A stretch of DNA of 64,000 nt from Thermoplasmata archaeon (GTDB taxonomy: Archaea; Thermoplasmatota; E2; JACPAO01; JAHFTW01), in contig JAXDQS010000010.1 of NCBI GenBank assembly GCA_034667725.1, positions 32,001 to 96,000 on the forward strand. Direction: 5' to 3'. Every line of letters begins with the position of its first letter. Position 1 is the first letter of the stretch. The notes under the pieces are model-generated. The model was not told the DNA's origin, ran no database searches, and was given only the letters and a program-made list of their open reading frames with translations. A program made the position numbers and the translations under genes. Shown piece by piece: positions 9,187 to 19,218 of this stretch.

Positions 9187-10848
9187 TTACATGTCCATGT
9201 CGCCCATGCCGCCGGGGCCGCCAGGGCCGCCGGCCCCGCCGCCGCCCGAGAAGGCCTTGGCCGCGATGACGTCGTCGATGCGCAGGATCATGACGGCCGC
9301 CTCGGTGGCGGCCTTGATCTCCTGGGTGCCGACGCGGAGGGGCTCGATGACGTGGTTCTCGATCATGTCCTCGATCTTGCCGGTGAAGACGTTGATGCCC
9401 GCGGTCTTCTGGCCCTTCATGTGGGCGCGGCGCAGGTTCAGCAGGATGTCCAGCTCGTCCAGGCCCGCGTTCTCGGCCAGGGTGCGGGGCACGACCTCGA
9501 CGGCGTCCGCGAACGCCTCGATGGCCAGCTGCTCGCGGCCGCCGACGGTGGAGGCGTGCTCGCGCAGGCTCATGGCGATCTCGACGGCCGCGGCGCCGCC
9601 GCCGGGCGTCATCTTGCCGTCCTCGAGGGCGACCGCGACGACCGAGAGGGCGTCGTGCATGGCGCGCTCGGCCTCGTCGACGACGTGCTCGGTGCCGCCG
9701 CGCAGCAGGATGCTGACGGCGCGGGCGGAGGGGCAGTCGGTGACGAAGGTGAACTTGTCGTCGCCGATCTTGCGCTCCGAGACGTCGCCGGCGGCGCCGA
9801 GGGACTTGCCGGTCAGGTCGTCGAGGGTGTTGACGATCTGGGCGCCGGTGGCCTTGGCGAGCTTCTCCATGTCCGACTTCTTGGCGCGGCGGACGGCGTA
9901 GATGCCGGCCTTGGCGAGGTAGTGCTGGGCCAGGTCGTCGATGCCCTTCTGGGTGATGAGGACGGTGGCGCCGGACTTCTTGACCTTCTCCACCATGTCC
10001 TTCAGGGTCTTCTCCTCCTGGGCGAGGAAGGCGGACAGCTGGTCGGGGGCCGTGATCTCGATCTTGGCGTCGACCTCGGTCTTCTTGATCTCCAGGGCGG
10101 CGTTCACAAGGGCGATCTTGGCGTTCTTGACCGAGGTGGGCATGCTGGAGTGCACGCGCTCCTTGTCCAGGATGATGCCCTGGATGAGCTCGGTGTCCTC
10201 GAGCGAGCCGCCCTTGGCCTTCTGGACCAGGATGTTCTCGTCGATGTCCACGGTGGTCTTGCCGTTCTTGCCCTCGGCGGTCTCCGCGACCGAGGTGCAG
10301 GCGCGCACGACGATGTCCGAGATGAGGTCGGAGTTGTAGGAGATGTTCTTCGAGTTGAGGGAGGTGGCGGCGATGCGGCGCAGGGTCGCGACGTCGTTCT
10401 TCTTGATCGGTATGGCGATCGACTCGAGGACCCGGAGGGCCTCCTTGGCCGCGAGCTGGTAGCCGGCGGTGACGGTGGTGGGGTGGATGCCCTTCTCCAG
10501 GAGGTCGCCCGCGACCTTCAGCAGCTCGCCGGTCAGGATGACCGAGGTGGTGGTGCCGTCGCCGCACTCGGCGTCCTGGGTCTTGGCGACCTCGATGACC
10601 ATCTTGGCCGCGGGGTGGGCGACGTCGATCTCCTTCAGGATGGTGGCGCCGTCATTGGTGATGACGACGTCGCCCATCGAGTCGACCAGCATCTTGTCCA
10701 TGCCGCGGGGGCCGAGGGTGGACTTGACCGTCTCCGCGATGAGGCGGGCGGCGTAGATGTTGTTGGATTGGGCGGTCCGGCCGCGGGTGCGCTCGGTGCC
10801 CTCCTTGAGGATGTAGATCGGTTGGCCGGTGGCTGCTCCATTCGTCAT
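9187..10848 (-). CDS. ths: Thermosome subunit (group II chaperonin)
   Basis: TLGPRGMDKMLVD, ITNDGATIL, GDGTTT, ILLRGG and LRIDDVI motifs; GGM-rich tail. Confidence 0.98.
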   Translation of the reverse strand: MTNGAATGQPIYILKEGTERTRGRTAQSNNIYAARLIAETVKSTLGPRGMDKMLVDSMGDVVITNDGATILKEIDVAHPAAKMVIEVAKTQDAECGDGTTTSVILTGELLKVAGDLLEKGIHPTTVTAGYQLAAKEALRVLESIAIPIKKNDVATLRRIAATSLNSKNISYNSDLISDIVVRACTSVAETAEGKNGKTTVDIDENILVQKAKGGSLEDTELIQGIILDKERVHSSMPTSVKNAKIALVNAALEIKKTEVDAKIEITAPDQLSAFLAQEEKTLKDMVEKVKKSGATVLITQKGIDDLAQHYLAKAGIYAVRRAKKSDMEKLAKATGAQIVNTLDDLTGKSLGAAGDVSERKIGDDKFTFVTDCPSARAVSILLRGGTEHVVDEAERAMHDALSVVAVALEDGKMTPGGGAAAVEIAMSLREHASTVGGREQLAIEAFADAVEVVPRTLAENAGLDELDILLNLRRAHMKGQKTAGINVFTGKIEDMIENHVIEPLRVGTQEIKAATEAAVMILRIDDVIAAKAFSGGGGAGGPGGPGGMGDMDM

Positions 10849-10926
10849 GGTGGTTCACCTGAAAATGGCCCCCTTGGCGCGGGCAGGCCCGCTCCAGGTG
10901 GCGCTGATTTCCTGCATGAGCGCTTC

Positions 10927-10934
10927 TATTTAAA
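10927..10934 (-). promoter_or_regulatory. TATA box of the thermosome gene
   Basis: TTTAAATA on the minus strand about 80 nt upstream of the ATG; GGTGA SD just before the ATG. Confidence 0.6.
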
Positions 10935-11302
10935 GCCTTTGCTCCCCGGCAAGCTTGGCGACAGGGAAGCGACAGGAGGGCAAAGGGCCAGCCCGGACGG
11001 AACCCGGCGAGGCATACGAAGCGGATTGGTCGGTCGATGCTCCAACGCATGCCATCGGGGGGTTGGTCGTCGATGCCTGGGTCCGTCCGGGCTGGCCGCG
11101 TGTCGAGTGGACCTGGGTGTTTACAAGCTCATTGGTCCAAGAATCCGACTGTCGAGCCATCGGCGATCGGGAAACGGAAGCGGAGGGTCGCCGGGCGCCC
11201 ACCCTGGCAAAAGCGGCGATCGCACCCCTTGGCCGCCGGTGCAGGATGGCTTCGCCCATTGTCCGAGCAGGCCCAAATAGGACCGGGCGCCGAGTCCCGG
11301 TC

Positions 11303-11833
11303 GTGTCCCGCATCGCGTGGGCGGCCCTCGCCCTGCTTCTCGCTCCCGCCCTCTCGGGCTGTTCCAGCGCCGAGTCCGGCACCTGGTTCGGCCTGCACGT
11401 GGCCGACGGCCCCGGCGCCATCGACCAGTTCCGCCGCCTGACCGTCGAAGTGTCCAAGGTGACCTTGTACCGCGAAGGGGGCGGCACCGTGGAGGTGGTC
11501 CCGCAGGCGCAGAGCTTCGACCTGGCCAAGCTCCAGGACGGCAACGTCTCCAGCGTGTTCTCCGGCCGCGTCGACCCCGGCCAGTACAAGCGCATCGAGC
11601 TCACCGTCGTCAAGGCCACCGGCGTCCTGCAGGCCGACGACCGCCTCGTGAGCCTCCAGGTGCCCGGCGGCAAGCTGGTGCTCGACCTCGACCTCGACAT
11701 CGCCACCCGGGAGATCAACTACCTCTTCGACATCCAAGTGGACCAGGAAGGCGGCGCCTACGTCCTCAAGGCCAGCCCCGAGGGCAGCAAGGTCATCTCG
11801 AAGCCCACCAACGGCCGCTCGCGCGACGCCTGA
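11303..11833 (+). CDS. DUF4382-like lipoprotein
   Basis: Lipobox ALSGC; V.DGP..IDQF..L.V.V..V and FDL..L...G.Y..I.L.V pattern. Start uncertain. Confidence 0.7.
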   Translation: MSRIAWAALALLLAPALSGCSSAESGTWFGLHVADGPGAIDQFRRLTVEVSKVTLYREGGGTVEVVPQAQSFDLAKLQDGNVSSVFSGRVDPGQYKRIELTVVKATGVLQADDRLVSLQVPGGKLVLDLDLDIATREINYLFDIQVDQEGGAYVLKASPEGSKVISKPTNGRSRDA

Positions 11834-11835
11834 GC

Positions 11836-12570
11836 CTACGGCTCGGCGGACGCGGCGGCTTCCTCGGCCTTCTCCCGCCGCCGCTCCCGCATCCCTTCCA
11901 CGATGGTGGTCCCGATCGCGATGGCGGCCACCGTGAGCGCCACCGTGAGCGGCAGCCAGCCGGGCACCAGGCCGACGAACTCCTCCAGTTGCACGAACAG
12001 CACGGTCCACGCCGCCGTGGTGACGGTGACGGCCGCCAGCATCGCGACCATGGTGGGCAGGGGACGCAGCCCGGCCAGGTGGGCCAGCACCATGGCCACG
12101 AGGGGGCCGTTGAAGCCGAACGGCACCAGCATGAACAGGAACAGGCCGACGCCGCCGTAGCGGTCGATGAGCTTGCGCTTCTTCTCGGCGCGGCGCCGGG
12201 TCGAGCGCACCATTCCGCCGACGATGCCCTTGTTGCGGTGGGCGCCGTCCATCGCGGCGTCCACGAACGGGAACAGCACGAACGTCATCGCGACGTCGGT
12301 CCACAAGAGCGCGACGCCGATGGTGACGGGCTCGCCGCCGTAGAGGGTGACGCCGAGCGGGATGCCGGCCTCCTTGCCGGCGACGAAGAAGGTGCCGATG
12401 GCGAACAGCACGGCGCGCGCCTCGCCTTGGTCGAGCGCCCACAGCAGGCCGTAGGCGCCGATGCCGGCGGCCAGCATCCCGAGGCCCACGTATAGTAGCG
12501 GCGAGTGCCAGGGCCGGCGCTCGGTGGCAAGCTGCGTGACCGTGGTCGGCGGGGCGGGCTCCAACGTCAT
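11836..12570 (-). CDS. Small multidrug export-like membrane protein
   Basis: GKEAGIPLG and RYGGVGLFLFMLVPF..GP motifs; about 6 TM; overlaps the trmB stop. Confidence 0.7.
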   Translation of the reverse strand: MTLEPAPPTTVTQLATERRPWHSPLLYVGLGMLAAGIGAYGLLWALDQGEARAVLFAIGTFFVAGKEAGIPLGVTLYGGEPVTIGVALLWTDVAMTFVLFPFVDAAMDGAHRNKGIVGGMVRSTRRRAEKKRKLIDRYGGVGLFLFMLVPFGFNGPLVAMVLAHLAGLRPLPTMVAMLAAVTVTTAAWTVLFVQLEEFVGLVPGWLPLTVALTVAAIAIGTTIVEGMRERRREKAEEAAASAEP

Positions 12571-13469
12571 CCCTCCTTGCGGGGCCGGCCGCGGCCGCGG
12601 GCCTTGGCGCCAAGGCGCAAGAGGGCGCGGGCGGCCTTGGGGCCGACGAGGCGCTGCACCATGGCGGGGTCGAAGCGGCCGTCGCGCCACAGGGTGTCGA
12701 ACTTGCCCACCAGGTCCTCGGCGAAGGCGCGGTCGTCGAGGTGGACCACGGCGAAGTAGCTGCGCGGGTCGAGCGGGTTGCGGACCCCCAGCACGACGCG
12801 CTCCTGGTCGAGCACGGAGAACGGGTTGCTGTCGTTGGGGGACAGGCGGACCTGGAGGGTGTCGCCGAGGTGGGGCAGCAGCGCGTCCAGCACCTGGGGG
12901 ACGTAGGGCGTCGACAGCAGGTAGTCGACGTCGCGCTCGCGCAGCAGCAAGCGGGTTCGGACGCCGCGGGCGACGGCCTCGCGGAACGCCTCGAAGATGG
13001 CGAGGTCCTCGTCGGCGATCTTCTCGAACGACAGGTAGGCGTCGATGCTGCGGCGGGCGCCGTGGGTCGCCTCGACCAAAAAGTCGCGGGCGGCGTCCTC
13101 GCCCAGCCGCACCCCATAAACGGTCGAGGCGGGGGCGGCGCGGGGCTGGAGCCGGGCCATCTGGGCCTCCAGGGCCGCGGCCTGCTGGGCCATCCCGCGC
13201 TCGTCGTCCTGGAGGCGGCGCTTGCCGGCGGCCAGGAGGCGCTGGGGGACGCTGTGCGCGGGCGCGGCCGTGAACACGCGGGGGCGGCCCGCCTGCCCGG
13301 TGGCCAGGCCGCGCTCGACCAGGGCGTGCAGCGTGTCGTACACCCGGCCGAACGGGATCCCGGTCTCGCGGCTCAGGTCGGGCGCCGTGCGCGGCCCCAT
13401 CCGAAGCAGGTGCGCCAGCGCCTTGGCCTCGTAGGTGGACAACCCCAGCCCTTCCAGCAGCTCCAGCAT
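12567..13469 (-). CDS. TrmB family transcriptional regulator
   Basis: LGLSTYEAKAL...DLSRETGIPFGRVYDTL..L..RGL wHTH plus C-terminal PLD-like effector domain. Confidence 0.88.
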   Translation of the reverse strand: MLELLEGLGLSTYEAKALAHLLRMGPRTAPDLSRETGIPFGRVYDTLHALVERGLATGQAGRPRVFTAAPAHSVPQRLLAAGKRRLQDDERGMAQQAAALEAQMARLQPRAAPASTVYGVRLGEDAARDFLVEATHGARRSIDAYLSFEKIADEDLAIFEAFREAVARGVRTRLLLRERDVDYLLSTPYVPQVLDALLPHLGDTLQVRLSPNDSNPFSVLDQERVVLGVRNPLDPRSYFAVVHLDDRAFAEDLVGKFDTLWRDGRFDPAMVQRLVGPKAARALLRLGAKARGRGRPRKEG

Positions 13470-13532
13470 CGCAACCCCGGGCAAGTTGTGGAAGACGGCA
13501 TCGTTCATCAAGCCCGCCTTTGTCGCGCACCC

Positions 13533-14825
13533 ATGGAGACGGGCGTGCGGGCCATCCTGGTCGGCCACCTGGCCCGCGCCTCCCGCGACGACCCCAACGC
13601 CCTCCTGCCGGCCGCCCGCTTCGCCGAGGCCGCCGCCGGCCGGGGCGACGCCGCCCTCCGGGACGCCGCCGCCGACTACGTCCGCCTCTGGGCGCGGACC
13701 TTCAAGACGCTGGTGCGCCACCTGCGCGGCCGCCCCGAGCGCGCCATCTCGCTGTTCGCCGCCGAGGTCTATCCGTTCCTGCGCGGCGACCGCCTGGCCG
13801 CCCGCGTCGAGGCCGCAAGCCCCGGCCAGGCCCGCCTCCGCCTCCTCCAGGACCTGCCCGACGCCTACACCGCCGGCCTGCTGGAGGCGTTCGTCGGCCT
13901 GTCCGGCGCCGAGGTCCATGCCAAGCCCCTCGGCGGCGGCCTCTGGGAGGTCCACCACCGGGTCGCCGCCGCCGACCGCCTCGCCCATTTCATGGAGGCC
14001 GTCGCCTCGGCCCGCTGGCACCTGGTCTCCGCCACCCTGCTGGCGTGCAGCCTCGGCCTCGCCCTTGCCTGGAGCCTCGGCGCCGCCGTCGAGCCGTGGC
14101 GCGCGGGGGCCATCGTCGCCGGCGCCGTGGCCGCCCAGATCGGCGCCAACGCCCTCCACGACCTGCGCCACGCCCACCCCGCCGGCCCCTTGGCCGTGCG
14201 GGTCGCGGACCGCCGCCTGCTGCGCCGGCAGGCGATGGCCGGCTACGGCCTGGCCACCCTGCTCGGCGCCCTGCTGGCGGTCGCGGCCCCCGCCGTCGTG
14301 CTGTTCGCGGCCGCCGGCCTCGCCCTCAGCCTGTCGTTCGGCGCCCTGCGCAACCACGGCTGGGGCCCCGCCGTCGTGGCGGCCATCTACGGCCCCCTCA
14401 TGGTCGGCGGCGCGCTCCACGCGGCGGCGCCCGAACTCGGCCTGCGTCTCGAGCTGGTGCCGGTGACGCTCCCGGTCGGCGTGTTGGCGGCGGCGACCCT
14501 TTACGTGGACGACCTCGCCGACCGCCCGCTCGACGAGGCCGGCGGCCAGCGCACGCTCCTGGTCCGGCTGCCGCGCCGCCGCCACGTCGCCGGCTTCGCG
14601 GCCCTCGCCCTCGGCGCCGCCGCCCTTGCCGCCTGGATCCTGGCCGCGCGCGCCCCGCCCCTGATGTGGGCGGCGGCCCCGCTCGCCGTCGCCGCCGCGG
14701 CCCTCGTGGCCTTGGTGCGCCGCCACGCCGACGACCCGCACGGGCTCGCGCCAGCCCGCCTCGGTACCCAGGCGCTGCACGCCGCCACCGCCCTGCTGCT
14801 GGTGGCCGCGGAGGCGGTCGCATGA
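13533..14825 (+). CDS. MenA/UbiA-family prenyltransferase with an extra soluble N-terminal domain
   Basis: Multi-TM C-terminal part with QIGANALHD and DDLADRPLDEAGGQRTLLVRL (MenA-like); about 145-aa soluble N-terminus. Confidence 0.7.
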   Translation: METGVRAILVGHLARASRDDPNALLPAARFAEAAAGRGDAALRDAAADYVRLWARTFKTLVRHLRGRPERAISLFAAEVYPFLRGDRLAARVEAASPGQARLRLLQDLPDAYTAGLLEAFVGLSGAEVHAKPLGGGLWEVHHRVAAADRLAHFMEAVASARWHLVSATLLACSLGLALAWSLGAAVEPWRAGAIVAGAVAAQIGANALHDLRHAHPAGPLAVRVADRRLLRRQAMAGYGLATLLGALLAVAAPAVVLFAAAGLALSLSFGALRNHGWGPAVVAAIYGPLMVGGALHAAAPELGLRLELVPVTLPVGVLAAATLYVDDLADRPLDEAGGQRTLLVRLPRRRHVAGFAALALGAAALAAWILAARAPPLMWAAAPLAVAAAALVALVRRHADDPHGLAPARLGTQALHAATALLLVAAEAVA

Positions 14826-15790
14826 GCAACCCCGTCACCGCCGTGTTCCCCCCGAGCGTCACCGGCCGGCTCGGCGCCGTCGAGCAACGGCTGGTCGAGC
14901 AGGCCCGCTCGCGCGACGCCTCGCTGCAAGCGTGGAGCCACCAGGCGGTCGCCGCCGGCGGCAAGCGCATCCGCCCCCTGCTGCTCTTGACCGCGTTCGA
15001 GGCGTGCGGCGGCGACCTCCTGGGCCCGGAGGCGAACGCGCAGGCGATCGACGCCGCCGTCGCGCTGGAGCTGGTGCACACCGCCAGCTTGGTGCACGAC
15101 GACATCATGGACGAGGCCGCCGAACGCCGCGGCCAGCCCAGCATCTACAAGGCGCACGGCCGCGACAGCGCCATCCTGGTCGGCGACTTCCTGTTCACGC
15201 AGGCGTTCTCGCTTGCCGCCACGCTGCCGAAGGACGCGATGGCGATGACGGCCGACGCCTGCCGGCGCCTTTGCGAAGGCCAGTTGCGCGAGCAGCAGGT
15301 GCTCGCCGCCCGCGTGCCCGACCGCGAGGGCTACATCGCCGTCATCCGCGACAAGACCGCCAGCCTGCTGGCCGCCGGCTGCGGCATCGGCGCCACCATG
15401 GCCCGCGCCCGCCCCGCCACCGTCCAGGCGCTGCACCGCTACGGCGAGCTCATCGGCCACGCCTTCCAGGTCCTCGACGACCTCTTGGACGTCTCCGGCG
15501 ACCCGCAGTGGACCGGCAAGCCCGCCGGCACCGACTACCTCGCCGGCACGCTGTCGAGCCCGTACCTCAACTTCCTCGAGCGCGGCGGCCGGCTGCCCGC
15601 GGCCCGGGAGCCGGAGGACTTCGCCCGCGTCCGCGCGGAGCTCTTGGAGTCGGGCGCCGTCGCGGCCAGCCAGCTGGAGGCGTCGGGCTACACCCAGGCG
15701 GCCCTGCTGGAGCTGCAGGGCCTCGCGGACACGCCGGCCCGCCGCTCGCTGGAGGCGCTGGCGGAGCTGCTCATGGAGCGGGCGGCGTAG
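14822..15790 (+). CDS. Polyprenyl diphosphate synthase
   Basis: GGKRIRP, ELVHTASLVHDDIMD, RRG, GQ, KTA and FQVLDDLLD motifs; ATGA overlap. Confidence 0.93.
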   Translation: MSNPVTAVFPPSVTGRLGAVEQRLVEQARSRDASLQAWSHQAVAAGGKRIRPLLLLTAFEACGGDLLGPEANAQAIDAAVALELVHTASLVHDDIMDEAAERRGQPSIYKAHGRDSAILVGDFLFTQAFSLAATLPKDAMAMTADACRRLCEGQLREQQVLAARVPDREGYIAVIRDKTASLLAAGCGIGATMARARPATVQALHRYGELIGHAFQVLDDLLDVSGDPQWTGKPAGTDYLAGTLSSPYLNFLERGGRLPAAREPEDFARVRAELLESGAVAASQLEASGYTQAALLELQGLADTPARRSLEALAELLMERAA

Positions 15791-16340
15791 GCCCCGCGGC
15801 CACGGCGACGGCGGCACGCAGGCGGGCCCGCCGCCGTCCCCACGCCGCCAAGCCGCCGTAGGCCAGCGACACCGGGATGGTCGCCACCACCGACACGGCG
15901 GTCACGCCCATCCGGAACAAGCCCTCCTGCAAGCTTCCGAAAAGCAGGGAGGGATGGGGCGGCACGTAGACCAGTTGCACGGCCAGCAGGACCGCGCCGC
16001 AGGCCACGATGCCAAGCACCATGGCGCTCACGACCAGGTCGCCGGAGCGCCAGGCCATGCCGAGCCGCCACGCCGCCACGAAGCCGCCGAGGGCGCCCAA
16101 CGCGAACCACCCGATGCTGGTGGCCATCAGGGCGGCGAACGCGGCCGCGGGGGCGAGGGCCGCGACCCAGGCGGACGGGAAGCGCAAGACCTCGCGGAAC
16201 AAGAAGGAACGGCGGAACAGCCGCTGGGCCGCCCAGCCCAGGAACGCAGACGCCGCGATCTGCAGCAGCAGGCCCGGCGCCAGGATCAGGAGGGCCAAGC
16301 CGAGGACGGAGGCGAGCGTGATCCAGAGTCGGCGGCGCAT
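15771..16340 (-). CDS. Hypothetical multi-pass membrane protein
   Basis: About 6 hydrophobic segments; starts 8 nt after the thyX stop. Confidence 0.55.
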   Translation of the reverse strand: MRRRLWITLASVLGLALLILAPGLLLQIAASAFLGWAAQRLFRRSFLFREVLRFPSAWVAALAPAAAFAALMATSIGWFALGALGGFVAAWRLGMAWRSGDLVVSAMVLGIVACGAVLLAVQLVYVPPHPSLLFGSLQEGLFRMGVTAVSVVATIPVSLAYGGLAAWGRRRARLRAAVAVAAGPTPPAP

Positions 16341-16347
16341 GGGGACC

Positions 16348-18111
16348 TCAGTACGGCCGCTTCGGCACGCCCTTCTGGGCGTCGAAGTTGAGCCACACCT
16401 TGACACCGCACCACTTGTCGCCTTCGGGGCAGCACGCCTCGACCGACTCCTGCAAGTGGGCTGGCTGGCGCGGCGCCACGAAGCTGCACGGCGGGCCGAT
16501 GAAGCGCGTGAGGCGCGGATGGACGCGTTGGGCCTCCCGCAGCTCGGCGAGGCTGGCGTCGAAGATCTCCTTCTGGGCGTTGAAGCACAGGCGGAGGCGC
16601 CACTTGTGGATCAAGGACAGCAGGTCGCCGGTCTGGGTGAAGGTGATGTTGGCGGCGTTGGGCAGCAGGTAGGTGGCGTCCTCCGGCGGCACCCCCCGGC
16701 GGCGCAGCGCGTGCATCGCGTCCCACGACGCGCGGATGGCTTCGTCGTAGGTGCGGCGGGCCTCCTTGCTGGCGGCGATGACGTCGGGCACGTGGACGTC
16801 GGGCTCGTGCGTGAGGCACTGCGTCAAGAGCGGGCGGGTGCCGGGCGTCATGCGGTGGCGCTGGTCCTGCGCGTAGGCGGTGAGGCTCATGCGCTTGCGG
16901 AAGGTGTAGTGGACGTGCCGCAGCGCGCGCAGCACCGGGCTGTGGTCCCAAGTGTTGAGGGTGTCGGCCCAGGCGGCGTTGGCAGCGGGGTCCAGCACGA
17001 GCGCAAGCAGCTCCGCGTCACCGAGGCGGCTGCCCGTCACCTCGCGGATGGCGTCCACCACCAGCTTCTCGGCGTCCTGGGTGTGCGCCAGCAGCACGGC
17101 GGGCTCGCGCTGCGCGGCGATGACGGGGCCGGGGCCGTCGTTGATGCGCCACTCGACGTGGTCGTCGCGCGGCCGGGCCTGCTCGCGGATGCCCTCCATG
17201 AACGACGAATCGATGCGGCGGACCTCCTCCACCATCTGCTCGACGACACGGCGGGCCTCGGCGCCGGCGTTCTGGGCCTCGCACATCCGGACGTAGCGCA
17301 GCAGCACGATGCCGGACACCGTGTGGTAGAGCTGCGTCGAGGCGGCGATCGGGACGACGTAGCGGGCCATCTCCTGCGCCTTCTTCTCCGCCTCCTTGCG
17401 GACGCGCTTGTCGTCGTGGCCCTTGGCCTTCCCGATGGCGGCCATGACGCGCAGGTTAGCCTCGACCAGGCCCTCCCGCAGCGTGTCGTAGGCCGCCCAC
17501 GCCTGCCGCACCGCGCCCTCGTACACCGCGAGCGCCTGCGGGTCGGCGCGCACCGACGCCGGCACGTGGACCTGCGCCCGCTTCATCTCGACGTAGCGCT
17601 GGCTCTGCTGCTCCGAGTTGTAGAAGATGTGGTTGTGGAAGAACGACTCCACCACGTTGCGGCTGACACCCTCGAGCGCGAACACGAAGGTCGGATGCTG
17701 GAACGGCGTGTGGTGGCCGGCCTCGTAGATGGACGCAGCCAGCTCGGCGTCGTTGGCGGCGCGCTGCCGGGCCAGGTCCGCGAACGTCAGGAGGGCCGCG
17801 CGCACGTCGAGGTCGCGGATGGCGGCCTGCACGGTCTCGACCAACTGGACGCGGCGCTCGTGCGGCGTGTCGAGGCGGCCGATCTCGTCCAGCTCGGCGG
17901 CGTGGCCGGGCACCGCGTCCAGGAGCGTCGTGCGGGTGCGCTCGCCCTTGGCGCCGAGGCGGCCGGTGAACACGAACTCGGAGGCGTAGCAGGTGCGCGC
18001 CGAGGCGACGGCCAGCTCGAAGGGGCGCTGCGTGTGGGCCACCAGGCGCACGCGGGGCTGCACGTGCTCGACGTCCCGGAGGGCGGCCTCCTGCACGAGG
18101 GTCCCACGCAT
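16348..18111 (-). CDS. thyX: FAD-dependent thymidylate synthase, tandem two-domain form
   Basis: GHHTPFQH, QQSQRYV and EMARYVVP in domain 1; QDQRHR, EDATYLLPNA and RLCFNAQKEI in domain 2. Confidence 0.9.
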   Translation of the reverse strand: MRGTLVQEAALRDVEHVQPRVRLVAHTQRPFELAVASARTCYASEFVFTGRLGAKGERTRTTLLDAVPGHAAELDEIGRLDTPHERRVQLVETVQAAIRDLDVRAALLTFADLARQRAANDAELAASIYEAGHHTPFQHPTFVFALEGVSRNVVESFFHNHIFYNSEQQSQRYVEMKRAQVHVPASVRADPQALAVYEGAVRQAWAAYDTLREGLVEANLRVMAAIGKAKGHDDKRVRKEAEKKAQEMARYVVPIAASTQLYHTVSGIVLLRYVRMCEAQNAGAEARRVVEQMVEEVRRIDSSFMEGIREQARPRDDHVEWRINDGPGPVIAAQREPAVLLAHTQDAEKLVVDAIREVTGSRLGDAELLALVLDPAANAAWADTLNTWDHSPVLRALRHVHYTFRKRMSLTAYAQDQRHRMTPGTRPLLTQCLTHEPDVHVPDVIAASKEARRTYDEAIRASWDAMHALRRRGVPPEDATYLLPNAANITFTQTGDLLSLIHKWRLRLCFNAQKEIFDASLAELREAQRVHPRLTRFIGPPCSFVAPRQPAHLQESVEACCPEGDKWCGVKVWLNFDAQKGVPKRPY

Positions 18112-18175
18112 CGGGCGCCTTTGAAGCTAGGCTTCCCGCAGCGGGATTGAAGACCCGTCCGTGCCTGGGACCCGC

Positions 18176-18748
18176 ATGCCCCAGGAGGCTCCCTCGGAGC
18201 TCCCTCGAATCGAGGCGAAAAACGTCCACATCATCCACAATTCGGGCACCATGGGGAACGTCCAGCAGGGCGGGGCCGGCAACGTCCAGAGCGCGCCAAG
18301 CTTCGAGGTCGCAAAGGAGGAGTGGAATCCACGCCATGAACGGGCCGCCAGGTTCTTTGCCGCCTTCCTTGGGGAGCTGGGGACCATGGTGGCAGGTTGG
18401 CTTGGCGCGTTGCTGGGAAGCCTGCTCGTGGCCGGATTCCTCACCGAAAAGCTTCCCCCGCAGGTGCAAGGCGGCTACGCGTGGCTGGTCCTTGGGCTCG
18501 GGATCGCGGTCATTTCGGGAGGCGTCCTGCTGCAGCGGGCCGCGAAGCACATCAAGAGAAGCCGATGCCCTTCGTGCAAGAAGCCGTATGCGCTGGAGGA
18601 GGTCGGGACGCCGAGCGCACGTGACGTCCACACCGGCGGCGGCAGCGACGGCAAAGACCGGTTTGAGCGGACGGTGACACGGAGCTTCCTGTGCAAGGAG
18701 TGCGGCAAAGAAACCACGCGCAAGGCCGTTTTCAACATCGAAAGGTGA
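18176..18748 (+). CDS. 2-TM membrane protein with split Zn-ribbon (CPSC...CKEC)
   Basis: Two hydrophobic helices followed by two CxxC pairs. Confidence 0.65.
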   Translation: MPQEAPSELPRIEAKNVHIIHNSGTMGNVQQGGAGNVQSAPSFEVAKEEWNPRHERAARFFAAFLGELGTMVAGWLGALLGSLLVAGFLTEKLPPQVQGGYAWLVLGLGIAVISGGVLLQRAAKHIKRSRCPSCKKPYALEEVGTPSARDVHTGGGSDGKDRFERTVTRSFLCKECGKETTRKAVFNIER

Positions 18749-18801
18749 GGCTCTCGCCGTCTGCGCGTCCGTTAAATAACCCCAAAGAGTCGGCCGGGAA
18801 C

Positions 18802-19218
18802 GTGCCCAAAGAGGACGAAGTGGACGAGGTCGAGGCCGTCGTCGCGGAACCCGACGAGGACGACCTCGGTCCCATCGAAGAGGAGGACGTCCCCGTCGAG
18901 GCCGGGATGGACTCCGACGAGGCGGTCAACCGCTACCGGATGCCGGACGGCCGCAACCGCGAGATGTTCGCCATCGCGGACCAGCTGATGGGCGCCTCCA
19001 AGCTGAAGGTGATGTGCGAGGACGGCAAGTCCCGCATGGCCCGCATCCCGGGCAAGATGAAGCGCCGGATGTGGATCAAGCCCGGCGACCTGGTGATCGT
19101 GAAGCCCTGGGACTTCCAGGACGACAAGGCGGACGTCAAGTACCGCTACGTGCGCACCCAGGCCGTCAACCTGAGCCGGCGCAAGAAGATTCCAGAGCTC
19201 CTCGATGTCGGCTTCTGA
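18802..19218 (+). CDS. eif1a: Translation initiation factor aIF-1A
   Basis: CEDGKSRMARIPGKMKRRMWIKPGDLVIVKPWDFQ; TTAAATA box about 25 nt before the GTG; acidic N-terminal extension. Confidence 0.95.
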   Translation: MPKEDEVDEVEAVVAEPDEDDLGPIEEEDVPVEAGMDSDEAVNRYRMPDGRNREMFAIADQLMGASKLKVMCEDGKSRMARIPGKMKRRMWIKPGDLVIVKPWDFQDDKADVKYRYVRTQAVNLSRRKKIPELLDVGF

